Assembly (NCBI GenBank): GCA_965248435.1
Contig: OZ252100.1
Span: 4,160,001 to 4,224,000, forward strand
Direction: 5' to 3'
DNA from: Candidatus Latescibacterota bacterium
GTDB taxonomy: Bacteria; Latescibacterota; UBA2968; GCA-2709665
DNA length: 64,000 bases
In this document: positions 56,417-64,000 of the stretch, piece after piece
Numbering within the stretch: position 1 is the stretch's first letter
Layout: each line of letters starts with the position of its first letter
Notes under the pieces: model-generated
What the model was told of the DNA's origin: nothing
What the model saw: only the letters and a program-made list of their open reading frames with translations
Database searches by the model: none
Position numbers and translations under genes: made by a program

Positions 56417-57232
56417 ATGCGGGTTTTGATCATGTGCGATATGGAAGGGGTGAGCGGTATCGTGGTGTGGGAGCAAGTTGTCGGTGGGGATGCGATGTTC
56501 GAGGAGGGCCGCAAGCTATATACGGAGGAGATCAATGCAGCGGTTCGCGGCGCAAAGGCGGCCGGCGCCACGGAAATCGTGGTTGTGGATTGCCACGGAG
56601 CAGGTAAAGGATGGAAGTTCAATTCTCTGATTCCCGATCAACTGGATCCTGACTGTGAATGGGTGGCGCACCACCAGTGGGGTCGGTATACCGGGATGTG
56701 GGAAGAGGGGTGCGACGCTTGTCTGCTGATCGGTATGCACGCACGCAACAACACACCCGATGGTGTGCTTTGTCACACGATCTCAACGACGCTATACAGG
56801 AATCTTTGGTTCAACGATGACCTGGTGGGTGAGACGGGTGTGAACGCCGCCCTGAATGGGCACTTCGATGTCCCCGTTGTGCTTGTGACTGGAGATGATG
56901 CCGTCTGCCGGGAAGCAAAGGAAATCCTTGGTGAGAATCTTCCCACAGTGGTGATAAAGAAGGGTCTGGGAAAGTTCAGCGCGCGCCAGATTCCTCCAAC
57001 GCGCGCTCGGCAGATGATAGAGAACGGAGCAAAGGATGCGCTCAAGGACCTCAACGTGACCCAGCCCTACAAACCGGATAAGCCCACAACGATCAAAGTC
57101 GAAGTGCATAGTCCCGAGCGGCTTGCCGAGTTCAAGGGCAGGTCAGGTGTCGAAATCGCCGGCCCGATGATCGCCGAAAGCAAGGGAGAGGACTGGTGGA
57201 CGGCGTGGAACCAGTTCTGGCCGTTTCCGTGA
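56417..57232 (+). CDS. M55 family D-aminopeptidase
   Basis: DMEGVSG, VDCHG, IGMHA, LCHT, VTGDD. Confidence 0.9.
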   Translation: MRVLIMCDMEGVSGIVVWEQVVGGDAMFEEGRKLYTEEINAAVRGAKAAGATEIVVVDCHGAGKGWKFNSLIPDQLDPDCEWVAHHQWGRYTGMWEEGCDACLLIGMHARNNTPDGVLCHTISTTLYRNLWFNDDLVGETGVNAALNGHFDVPVVLVTGDDAVCREAKEILGENLPTVVIKKGLGKFSARQIPPTRARQMIENGAKDALKDLNVTQPYKPDKPTTIKVEVHSPERLAEFKGRSGVEIAGPMIAESKGEDWWTAWNQFWPFP

Positions 57233-57762
57233 TGGAAGCAGCCCAGCGACTTCCAATTGTTGGCGTTATGGGCTCTGGAAGTGAGTCGCACGAGGAGCGT
57301 GCGAACTCACTCGGGGAGTGGCTCGCAACGGAGGATGTTCATCTGCTGACCGGAGGGGGTGGTGGCGTGATGGAGGCGGTGAGTCGTGCATTTTTCAACG
57401 TCCCTGACCGTAGGGGGCTCGTCCTCGGGGTGATCCGAGGTGACACCGAAGGTTCGATGCGAAACCCGAATCCGTGGGTCGAGATTCCGATCCAGACGCA
57501 TCTGCCGCTGAGCGGGAAACAGGGTACCGACCCGATGTCCCGCAATCACATCAATGTTTTGAGTTCCACAGTTGTGGTCGCGCTTCCAGGTTCGTTCGGT
57601 ACAGCAAGTGAGGTCGCCCTTGCGCTGCGTTACGGGCGCCCTTTTGTCGCCTACCTTGACAGCAGAGATCAGATTCCTGACCTCCCGGAGGACGTTCTGG
57701 TAGAGACAGATTTGGAACGTGTTAAGGAATTCGTCACATCCCAGATTCAAGACAGACATTAG
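57232..57762 (+). CDS. LOG/SLOG family Rossmann-fold protein
   Basis: VGVMGSG, LLTGGGGGVMEAVS, RNHIN, LPGSFGTASE. Confidence 0.85.
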   Translation: MEAAQRLPIVGVMGSGSESHEERANSLGEWLATEDVHLLTGGGGGVMEAVSRAFFNVPDRRGLVLGVIRGDTEGSMRNPNPWVEIPIQTHLPLSGKQGTDPMSRNHINVLSSTVVVALPGSFGTASEVALALRYGRPFVAYLDSRDQIPDLPEDVLVETDLERVKEFVTSQIQDRH

Positions 57763-57857
57763 GAAGAGTAGCGAATCAACTGGGGCCTGGAAGCTCGTGA
57801 GTCTCCAAAGACCAATCTACGGGGTATGAGTCCTGAGCAGATTGCTGCACGGCGTTT

Positions 57858-57965
57858 CAGACGCAGTCTCTGGCCTCCATCGAAGGTGTTATCGGCGTCC
57901 TGTATGTCGCCGTGTTGATCGCGCGGCTGATCGGCGTTTACAGTCAGTCGGATCGACGTACCTGA
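57858..57965 (+). pseudogene. C-terminal remnant of a two-TM ion channel (Ion_trans_2-like) gene
   Basis: Manual translation QTQSLASIEGVIGVLYVAVLIARLIGVYSQSDRRT*; in-frame stop upstream at 57834, no start or pore loop. Confidence 0.5.
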
Positions 57966-57982
57966 CGCCTTGGAGCGGTGAC

Positions 57983-58618
57983 GTGGGGATTTATTCGCGT
58001 GTTGTTTTCCCGTTCGCGTGCGATCGGTTGATGTCGAGGATCGCGCTGGAGGAGGCTCGTGCCGAACTCTTGTCGGGAACAACGGGAGAAGTGCTGGAGA
58101 TCGGATTCGGCACCGGGCTGAACCTTCCCCACTATCCTTCAGGCGTACAGCGTATTACGGCAGTGGACATTAATCCCGGTATGGCTCGAGTTGCCACGAA
58201 ACGAATCAAAGATCAGCCCATCCCGGTGGATTTTCGGCTTATGGACGGCGAAGCGCTTCCGCTGGAAGACGATTCTTTCGACAGTGTGGTGAGTACGTGG
58301 ACGCTTTGTAGCATCCGGTATGTGGAAAAGGCGCTGGAAGAAATTCGTCGCGTGGTCAAGCAGGATGGGTGCCTCTATTTCATAGAACACGGATTGAGCG
58401 ATGATCCACGGATACAGAAATGGCAGAACCGGCTCACCCCTTTGCAGAGATTTATCGCCGAAGGTTGTCACCTGAATCGGAATATCCAGGCCCTGATCGA
58501 AGCGCAGGGCTTTGAGATTACCGAGCTGAGGAAGTACTACATGGATGAGGCGCCAAGGACTCACGGGTACACGTATCAGGGCGCGGCTAAAAAACCGGGT
58601 ACCGGGATAGGTAGATAG
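57983..58618 (+). CDS. Class I SAM-dependent methyltransferase
   Basis: GTG start after GGAG; VLEIGFGTGLNL, FDSVVSTWTLCS, GCHLNR. Confidence 0.9.
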   Translation: MGIYSRVVFPFACDRLMSRIALEEARAELLSGTTGEVLEIGFGTGLNLPHYPSGVQRITAVDINPGMARVATKRIKDQPIPVDFRLMDGEALPLEDDSFDSVVSTWTLCSIRYVEKALEEIRRVVKQDGCLYFIEHGLSDDPRIQKWQNRLTPLQRFIAEGCHLNRNIQALIEAQGFEITELRKYYMDEAPRTHGYTYQGAAKKPGTGIGR

Positions 58619-58782
58619 GTTACAGGGATCTTACGGTTTGGGGGCGACGCTGGGTCGCCCCGGGAAATCAAATCACGGGTACCGAAAAACCGTTGATCGT
58701 TGATCGTCGTTCTTGGACCGTGTAGAGACGCCGTCGAGCCGCCTAGGCGCGGATTTTGGACTCACCGAAGAGAGAACCATTT

Positions 58783-59865
58783 ATGGCCGGTAAGACTCAG
58801 TCAGCGGTGGTGACATCTACTGAGAAGATGGAGATTCAGACGTTCGATCTGCCGCACATCGGGGAGGAAGAGGGGTTGCTCGAGGTGGAGATGTGTGGGG
58901 TCTGTGGGAGCGATCCCCGAATCTACCGGTGGCCTCCGGAAAACTTCCCGGTGATTATGGGGCACGAGATCGTCGGTCATATTGCCGAGATCGGCAGCCA
59001 GGCTTCCGCGAGGTGGGGTGTTAGGCTTGGAGACCGGGTTGTGGTGGAACATCTGTTCGGATGCGGCTTCTGTCGAATGTGCCTGATCGGTGAGTATCGT
59101 TTCTGCGAAGAACACCCCGGCTACGGCGGCCCAGTCAAGTGCTCCGTACCGCCATATCTCTGGGGTGGGTATGGCAAGTACATGTATCTTGCGCCAAAAT
59201 CCCGTGTACACCGGATCTCAAAAAACCTGCCGGCCGAGGCGGCCGCCATGACCTGCGCCAACATCGGGAACGGGATTCGGTGGGTCCGGACGAAAGGCGG
59301 CGTGAGTATAGGAGATAAGGTCGTCATCATAGGTCCCGGGGGACAAGGCCTGGCCGCAGTTATCGCGGCACAAGAGGCGGGCGCAGAGCAGATCATCGTC
59401 GTCGGGCTTACACGGGACGCGCATCGATTCGAGTTGGCTGAGCTGTTCGGTGCCACGGATGTGGTCGACCTTCAGAAGGAAGACCCGGTCCAGAAGGTCA
59501 CCGATCTGACGAACGGAGCGCTGGCCGATGTGGTGGTGGATTTGAGCGGGGCCACCGCTTCGGCACCTCTATCGCTGGAGCTGGTGCGCCCGATGGGAAC
59601 GGTCGTGATCGGCTCGAACACAGGTAAGGAGGAAGTCCAGCTGGTAACGGGGAGGATTGTCAGCAAAGAGATTCGGTATCAGGGCGTGAATACACACGAT
59701 ACCCCGGCGGTTCGGTCTGCGATCAAGCTGATCGAGTCTCGCCGTTATCCGATCGAAAAGATGGTGACGCATCACTTCTCGCTCGAAGATGCGGAAAAAG
59801 CAGTACTCGCAGCAGCCGGTCAGGTACATCTGGAGGGATTTATTAAGGGGGCGATTGTTCCATAA
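58783..59865 (+). CDS. Zn-dependent alcohol dehydrogenase (MDR)
   Basis: CGVCGSD, MGHE, CGFCRMC..C, GPGGQG. Confidence 0.92.
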   Translation: MAGKTQSAVVTSTEKMEIQTFDLPHIGEEEGLLEVEMCGVCGSDPRIYRWPPENFPVIMGHEIVGHIAEIGSQASARWGVRLGDRVVVEHLFGCGFCRMCLIGEYRFCEEHPGYGGPVKCSVPPYLWGGYGKYMYLAPKSRVHRISKNLPAEAAAMTCANIGNGIRWVRTKGGVSIGDKVVIIGPGGQGLAAVIAAQEAGAEQIIVVGLTRDAHRFELAELFGATDVVDLQKEDPVQKVTDLTNGALADVVVDLSGATASAPLSLELVRPMGTVVIGSNTGKEEVQLVTGRIVSKEIRYQGVNTHDTPAVRSAIKLIESRRYPIEKMVTHHFSLEDAEKAVLAAAGQVHLEGFIKGAIVP

Positions 59866-59950
59866 GTCCGCGAATCGTTGTTTCATCGTTCGTGTGCAAG
59901 GATGTAGCAGTGGTGGGATGAGGGATTTGAGCCTAACCTCGGAGATGGCC

Positions 59951-60874
59951 ATGAAATCGACGTGGGATTACACAAACGCAAAGGAATATGTTAAGCGGAT
60001 TAAAGAGGGGATGCCTCCGGTCATCATCAATGCAGCCGTGACGGGAGGGCATCAGAAAAGCGAAAACCCGAACGTACCTGTCACCGCAGAGGAGCAGGCG
60101 GATGCGGCCGCGGCCGCTTTCGCGGCAGGTGCGACCATCGTCCACATCCACGCCCGTCAGGCGGGTGATCCAACCCTTCCCTCCCACGAGGCAGATCGGT
60201 ATCGCGAGATCAACGATTTAATCCGATCGCGCGCGCCCGGGATCCTGGTGGACAATTCACAGACGGTTGCGGAGCTTACAACCGAAGGCGGCGAACTGAT
60301 CGGATCCGTCGGCTACTGGAAGTCTGCCCCCATCGAGGCAGGGCCCGACATGATGGCCCTGAATCCCGGCCCGATGACCTTCCGCGGCGGGAACGGGGCA
60401 GCGAGCAGAGTCTATGCGGGTAGTTTCGACGATACGGAGCGGACTGCGAACGTCCTGCGTGAGCGTGGCATCAAGCCTCAGGTGTTCCTTTACCATCCCG
60501 GCCACCTCGATATTTTGGACTACCTCATCCAGAACGACGCTCTGGATAAGCCCTACTTCGTGCAGCTTGTCTTCGGACAGCAGAGCGGTATCCCGACCAG
60601 CCCGGACAGCGTCCTGTATATGGTCAGAAACCTGCCGGAGGACAGCGTCTTTCAGACGTGCGCGCTTGGCCTTGAAGAGATCCATGTCAACGCCTTGTCC
60701 CTCCTGCTCGGGGGCCATGTCCGAACAGGCATGGAGGACTGTATTGATTACCAGCGTGATGAGCCGGCTCAGGGTAATGCGCAGTTCGTCGAACGCATCG
60801 TGCGTATGGCTAACGACCTGGGTCGGCGGGTCGCAACCGTAGAAGAGACTCGCCAGATGCTGGGTATTCCGTAG
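59951..60874 (+). CDS. Beta-keto acid cleavage enzyme (BKACE/DUF849, Kce-like)
   Basis: IINAAVTG, NPNVPVT, GATIVHIHAR, GGHVRTGMED. Confidence 0.9.
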   Translation: MKSTWDYTNAKEYVKRIKEGMPPVIINAAVTGGHQKSENPNVPVTAEEQADAAAAAFAAGATIVHIHARQAGDPTLPSHEADRYREINDLIRSRAPGILVDNSQTVAELTTEGGELIGSVGYWKSAPIEAGPDMMALNPGPMTFRGGNGAASRVYAGSFDDTERTANVLRERGIKPQVFLYHPGHLDILDYLIQNDALDKPYFVQLVFGQQSGIPTSPDSVLYMVRNLPEDSVFQTCALGLEEIHVNALSLLLGGHVRTGMEDCIDYQRDEPAQGNAQFVERIVRMANDLGRRVATVEETRQMLGIP

Positions 60875-60930
60875 CATCCGCTATCGGTTCACTCTCAAGT
60901 TCGGCTTCGCCTGTTCACTTATCATCCAGT

Positions 60931-62007
60931 GTGTCCCAAATGGGCAAGTCTTTTTATGGGGTCATCGAAGGATTCTTCGGCCAGCAGTGGAGCTGGAAGG
61001 CCAGGGAGGGGTATGCCGACTTCCTGAAGGAAAGCGGCTATCGGTTCTATATCTATGCGCCCAAGGGGGATGCGATCCTTCGGAAGAACTGGGAGGCTGA
61101 TTGGTCTGAAGATGAAAGCAAGGAACTTCACCGGCTCCGAGCGCACTACCGGAATCGGGGGCTCGAGTGGGGTGTCGGGCTGAGCCCATTCGAAGTCTAT
61201 CTGAATTTCGACGAGGAAAAGCGCGGTTTGCTGAAGAAGAAAATCGCTTCGATCAATCAGTACGACCCGGACATCCTCTGCGTGCTCTTTGACGATATGA
61301 AGGGAGATGTCCCGAACCTGGCCGAGACCCAAGCAAGAATACTTCAAGAAATCGTGGATCACAGCAGTGCAAGGAAGTTTATCTTCTGCCCGACCTACTA
61401 TTCGTTCGATCCGATTCTGGAAAGACAGTTCGGCAGCATGCCGGAAGACTATCTGGGGGACCTGGGAAGGTTGCTGGACTCGGAAACGCACGTCTTCTGG
61501 ACGGGGCCCAAGGTGCTCTCGACAGACTACTCGGAATCCCATTTGAAGAAGGTCGCCGACCTGCTGGGCAGAAAACCGTTCATCTGGGACAATTATCCCG
61601 TGAACGATGGCGCAAGGATGTCTCGCTATCTGCACCTGCGCGCGTTCGAAAACAGGACGCCGGAAATGGCGAGGCTGACGGCCGGGCACGCCGTCAACCC
61701 GATGAATCAGGCCTGGCTTTCCCGGATCCCTCTGAAGACGCTGAAGATCAGCGTCCGAGAGGGAACTGCGTACGATCCAGGGGCTGCATTTCTAGAGGCG
61801 ACAGAGGCACTCTGTGGGCCGGAACTCGCAACCGTGTTCCGCGAAGACCTCAGAGCGTTTCAGGACGAGGGGCTGGATGGGATGGAGGAGAAACAGAAAA
61901 AATCGCTGGTTCAGAAGTATCAAAGCCTTGATTCTCCGTATGCCGAAGAGGTCGTTTCGTGGCTTAACGAAGAATATGCGTTCGATCCGGACTGCCTGAC
62001 CAATTGA
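60931..62007 (+). CDS. GH84 beta-N-acetylglucosaminidase (O-GlcNAcase-like)
   Basis: GVIEGFFG, YIYAPKGD, LFDD catalytic pair, CPTYY, FWTGP, WDNYPVND, NPMNQ. Confidence 0.9.
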   Translation: MSQMGKSFYGVIEGFFGQQWSWKAREGYADFLKESGYRFYIYAPKGDAILRKNWEADWSEDESKELHRLRAHYRNRGLEWGVGLSPFEVYLNFDEEKRGLLKKKIASINQYDPDILCVLFDDMKGDVPNLAETQARILQEIVDHSSARKFIFCPTYYSFDPILERQFGSMPEDYLGDLGRLLDSETHVFWTGPKVLSTDYSESHLKKVADLLGRKPFIWDNYPVNDGARMSRYLHLRAFENRTPEMARLTAGHAVNPMNQAWLSRIPLKTLKISVREGTAYDPGAAFLEATEALCGPELATVFREDLRAFQDEGLDGMEEKQKKSLVQKYQSLDSPYAEEVVSWLNEEYAFDPDCLTN

Positions 62008-62024
62008 CGGGGTAAAAAACGCCT

Positions 62025-63617
62025 ATGGCTAAGACAGGCGCGGAAGTCGTCGTGGATGCTCTGGAATCCGCCGGCGTGAAATACCTGTTCAGTGTTTCGG
62101 GAAACCAGATCATGCCGATCTACGACGCGACCATCGGGCACGAATTGAAAATCATTCATACGCGCCACGAAGCGGCCGCGGTTCACATGGCAGACGGATG
62201 GGGCCGCCTGACAGAATCCCCCGGAATCGCCCTGTGCACCGCCGGGCCCGGCCACCTGAATACGCCATCCGCGCTCTACGTGGCGCTTACGGCGGAGTCA
62301 CCAGTCGTGCTGTTGAGCGGCCATTCTCCGCTCTCACAAGCTGGAATGGGCGCTTTTCAGGAGATCGACCAGGTGGCTGCGATCAAACCCGTGACCAAGG
62401 CGGCCTGGGTGGTCCGCGACGCAAATCGGCTGGATCACGAAATCCTGTCTGCGCTCAAGATTGCGCAGACAGGACGTCCTGGTCCCGTCCACCTCAGTCT
62501 TCCTCAAGACGTTCTGGAGGCGCCGGCTTCCTTAGAAACGCAGGAGATGCAGCACGCGTCAGAGCCTACGCCCGACGATGACAAACACGAGAAAATCCTG
62601 AGTCTCCTTGAAAAAGCAGAGCACCCCTTGATCCTGGCAGGGCCCGCCATGGCACGCCCCAAACGCTGGATCGAGGTCGAGCGGTTGTCGCGCCTCACGG
62701 GGATCCCGTGCCTTCCGATCCACAGCCCCAGGGGCGTCAATGACCCGTGGCTTCACAAGGCGACCAACATCCTTAGTGAAGCAGACATCGTGCTGCTGTT
62801 GGGAAAAGCGCTTGATTTTTCGCTTCGATTCGGACAGCCCCCTTTCTTTTCCAAGGCATGCCGCTTTATTCAGATTGAGGCCGAAGCTGAACGGATCCGC
62901 GAGAACGAGAAGGTTGCGTTGAACCTTCACGAGGACCCCTGTCTGGCGCTACGCCTGCTGACCGGTTCCGCGAAAGAACATTCTTGGGAGGCCAGGTCCT
63001 GGCGCAGAGATGTCGAAAAGGCAAGGGAAGACGTGTCTGCCGAATGGGAGTCGTTGCGGCATACGTCTCAAGAGCCGATGCATCCGCTCCGAGTTTGCAC
63101 GGAACTGCAACCGTTTTTCAAGGATGGAGCCGTGTTCGTGAGTGACGGGGGCGAGTTTGGGCAGTGGGTTCAGGCGGGGCTGGAGGCTGAAGTTCGGTTG
63201 ATCAACGGGCCCTCAGGGTCGATCGGGAGCGCGCTCCCGATGGCGCTCGCTGCTAAGCTGGTTTATCCGAAACGCCCGGTCTTCGTCTTCGTAGGGGACG
63301 GGACGTTTGGTTTTCACGGGATGGAATTCGACACTGCGCTGCGCTACGATCTGCCTGTGGTTTGCGTCGTGGGGAACGACGCCCGCTGGAATGCCGAGTA
63401 CCAGATCCAGCTCAGGAGCTACGGCTCCGATCGTCTTGTCGGCTGCGAGCTGCTTCCAACACGCTATGACATGGTCGCTCAGGCCCTTGGAGGCCACGGG
63501 GAATACGTCCAGCGGGCTGAAGAACTCGTGCCCGCAGTCAAGCGATCGATAGAGTCGGGTCTGCCGGCCTGCATCAACCTCTCGATCGAGGGGGCCGAGG
63601 CGCCGATATTTCGATAG
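62025..63617 (+). CDS. Thiamine pyrophosphate-binding protein (acetolactate synthase-like)
   Basis: RHEAAAVHMADG, TAGPG, FQEIDQ, GPVHLSLP, GDGTFGF..ND. Confidence 0.9.
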   Translation: MAKTGAEVVVDALESAGVKYLFSVSGNQIMPIYDATIGHELKIIHTRHEAAAVHMADGWGRLTESPGIALCTAGPGHLNTPSALYVALTAESPVVLLSGHSPLSQAGMGAFQEIDQVAAIKPVTKAAWVVRDANRLDHEILSALKIAQTGRPGPVHLSLPQDVLEAPASLETQEMQHASEPTPDDDKHEKILSLLEKAEHPLILAGPAMARPKRWIEVERLSRLTGIPCLPIHSPRGVNDPWLHKATNILSEADIVLLLGKALDFSLRFGQPPFFSKACRFIQIEAEAERIRENEKVALNLHEDPCLALRLLTGSAKEHSWEARSWRRDVEKAREDVSAEWESLRHTSQEPMHPLRVCTELQPFFKDGAVFVSDGGEFGQWVQAGLEAEVRLINGPSGSIGSALPMALAAKLVYPKRPVFVFVGDGTFGFHGMEFDTALRYDLPVVCVVGNDARWNAEYQIQLRSYGSDRLVGCELLPTRYDMVAQALGGHGEYVQRAEELVPAVKRSIESGLPACINLSIEGAEAPIFR

Positions 63618-63662
63618 TTCACAGCCGGTAAAGACTTGTCGGTTCGTTCGAAGGAGGAAAAG

Positions 63663-64000
63663 ATGACAAAAAGAATCCTGCTGGGCGCATTGGCCGTGTT
63701 CGTGGGCTGGTCTGTTTTGGACTTCGTCGTGCACGGGCTGATCCTCACCGACGCCTATGCGGCAACAACACACCTCTGGCGGCCGATGGACGAGATGAAA
63801 ATGGGACTGCTGCGTTTTACGGTTCTTGTTTCAAGCCTGACCTTTGCGGCCATGTATGGTCTCTTCGTTTCCGATAAGGGACTCGGAAGAGGTATCAAAT
63901 TCGGTCTTCTTTTTGGCATTGGCGCCGGTACGTCTATGGGCTATGGGACCTATTCCTTCATGCCGATTCCATACACGATGGCACTGGTCTGGTTCCTGGG
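63663..64000 (+). CDS. Multi-pass membrane protein (partial, runs off window end)
   Basis: AAGGAGG RBS; MTKRILLGALAVFVGWSVLDFVVHGLIL...WRPMDEM... open to window end. Confidence 0.75.
   Translation, partial: MTKRILLGALAVFVGWSVLDFVVHGLILTDAYAATTHLWRPMDEMKMGLLRFTVLVSSLTFAAMYGLFVSDKGLGRGIKFGLLFGIGAGTSMGYGTYSFMPIPYTMALVWFL

Overview
Bacterial window, GC-rich by eye, from a diderm organism. Gene content is reminiscent of Latescibacterota/Poribacteria-like lineages (inference only). It opens with a tandem array of at least five ~520-aa GHL10-like (family-10 glycosyl hydrolase-like) paralogs on the minus strand. These have mosaic variable segments, a repeated heptamer-built inverted-repeat element after three stop codons, and a terminator-containing leader. 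Next come an FAD oxidoreductase, an enolase-superfamily dehydratase, a sigma-70 factor, tRNA-Leu(CAA), nfeD-floA, tRNA-Met, a porin/cupredoxin/hybrid-kinase cluster, redox genes, a degenerate chemoreceptor, a near-pure (KKA)n histone-like protein, oligoendopeptidase F and a guaB-aminotransferase-E1alpha/E1beta unit. A TPR-exbB-exbD-exbD-tonB-TPR cluster with no receptor is followed by an 1143-aa acidic pseudo-receiver membrane protein; both units carry the same upstream 26-bp inverted repeat. The rest holds an IS30 element, a secreted metzincin-like lipoprotein, a doubly frameshifted GH42 gene and catabolic genes including a signal-less GH84. No CRISPR array, rRNA, integrase or prophage genes were seen. 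The best candidates for an undescribed system are the shuffled GH array and the TonB-motor/acidic-hub locus. All calls come from motif recognition by eye; no searches were run.
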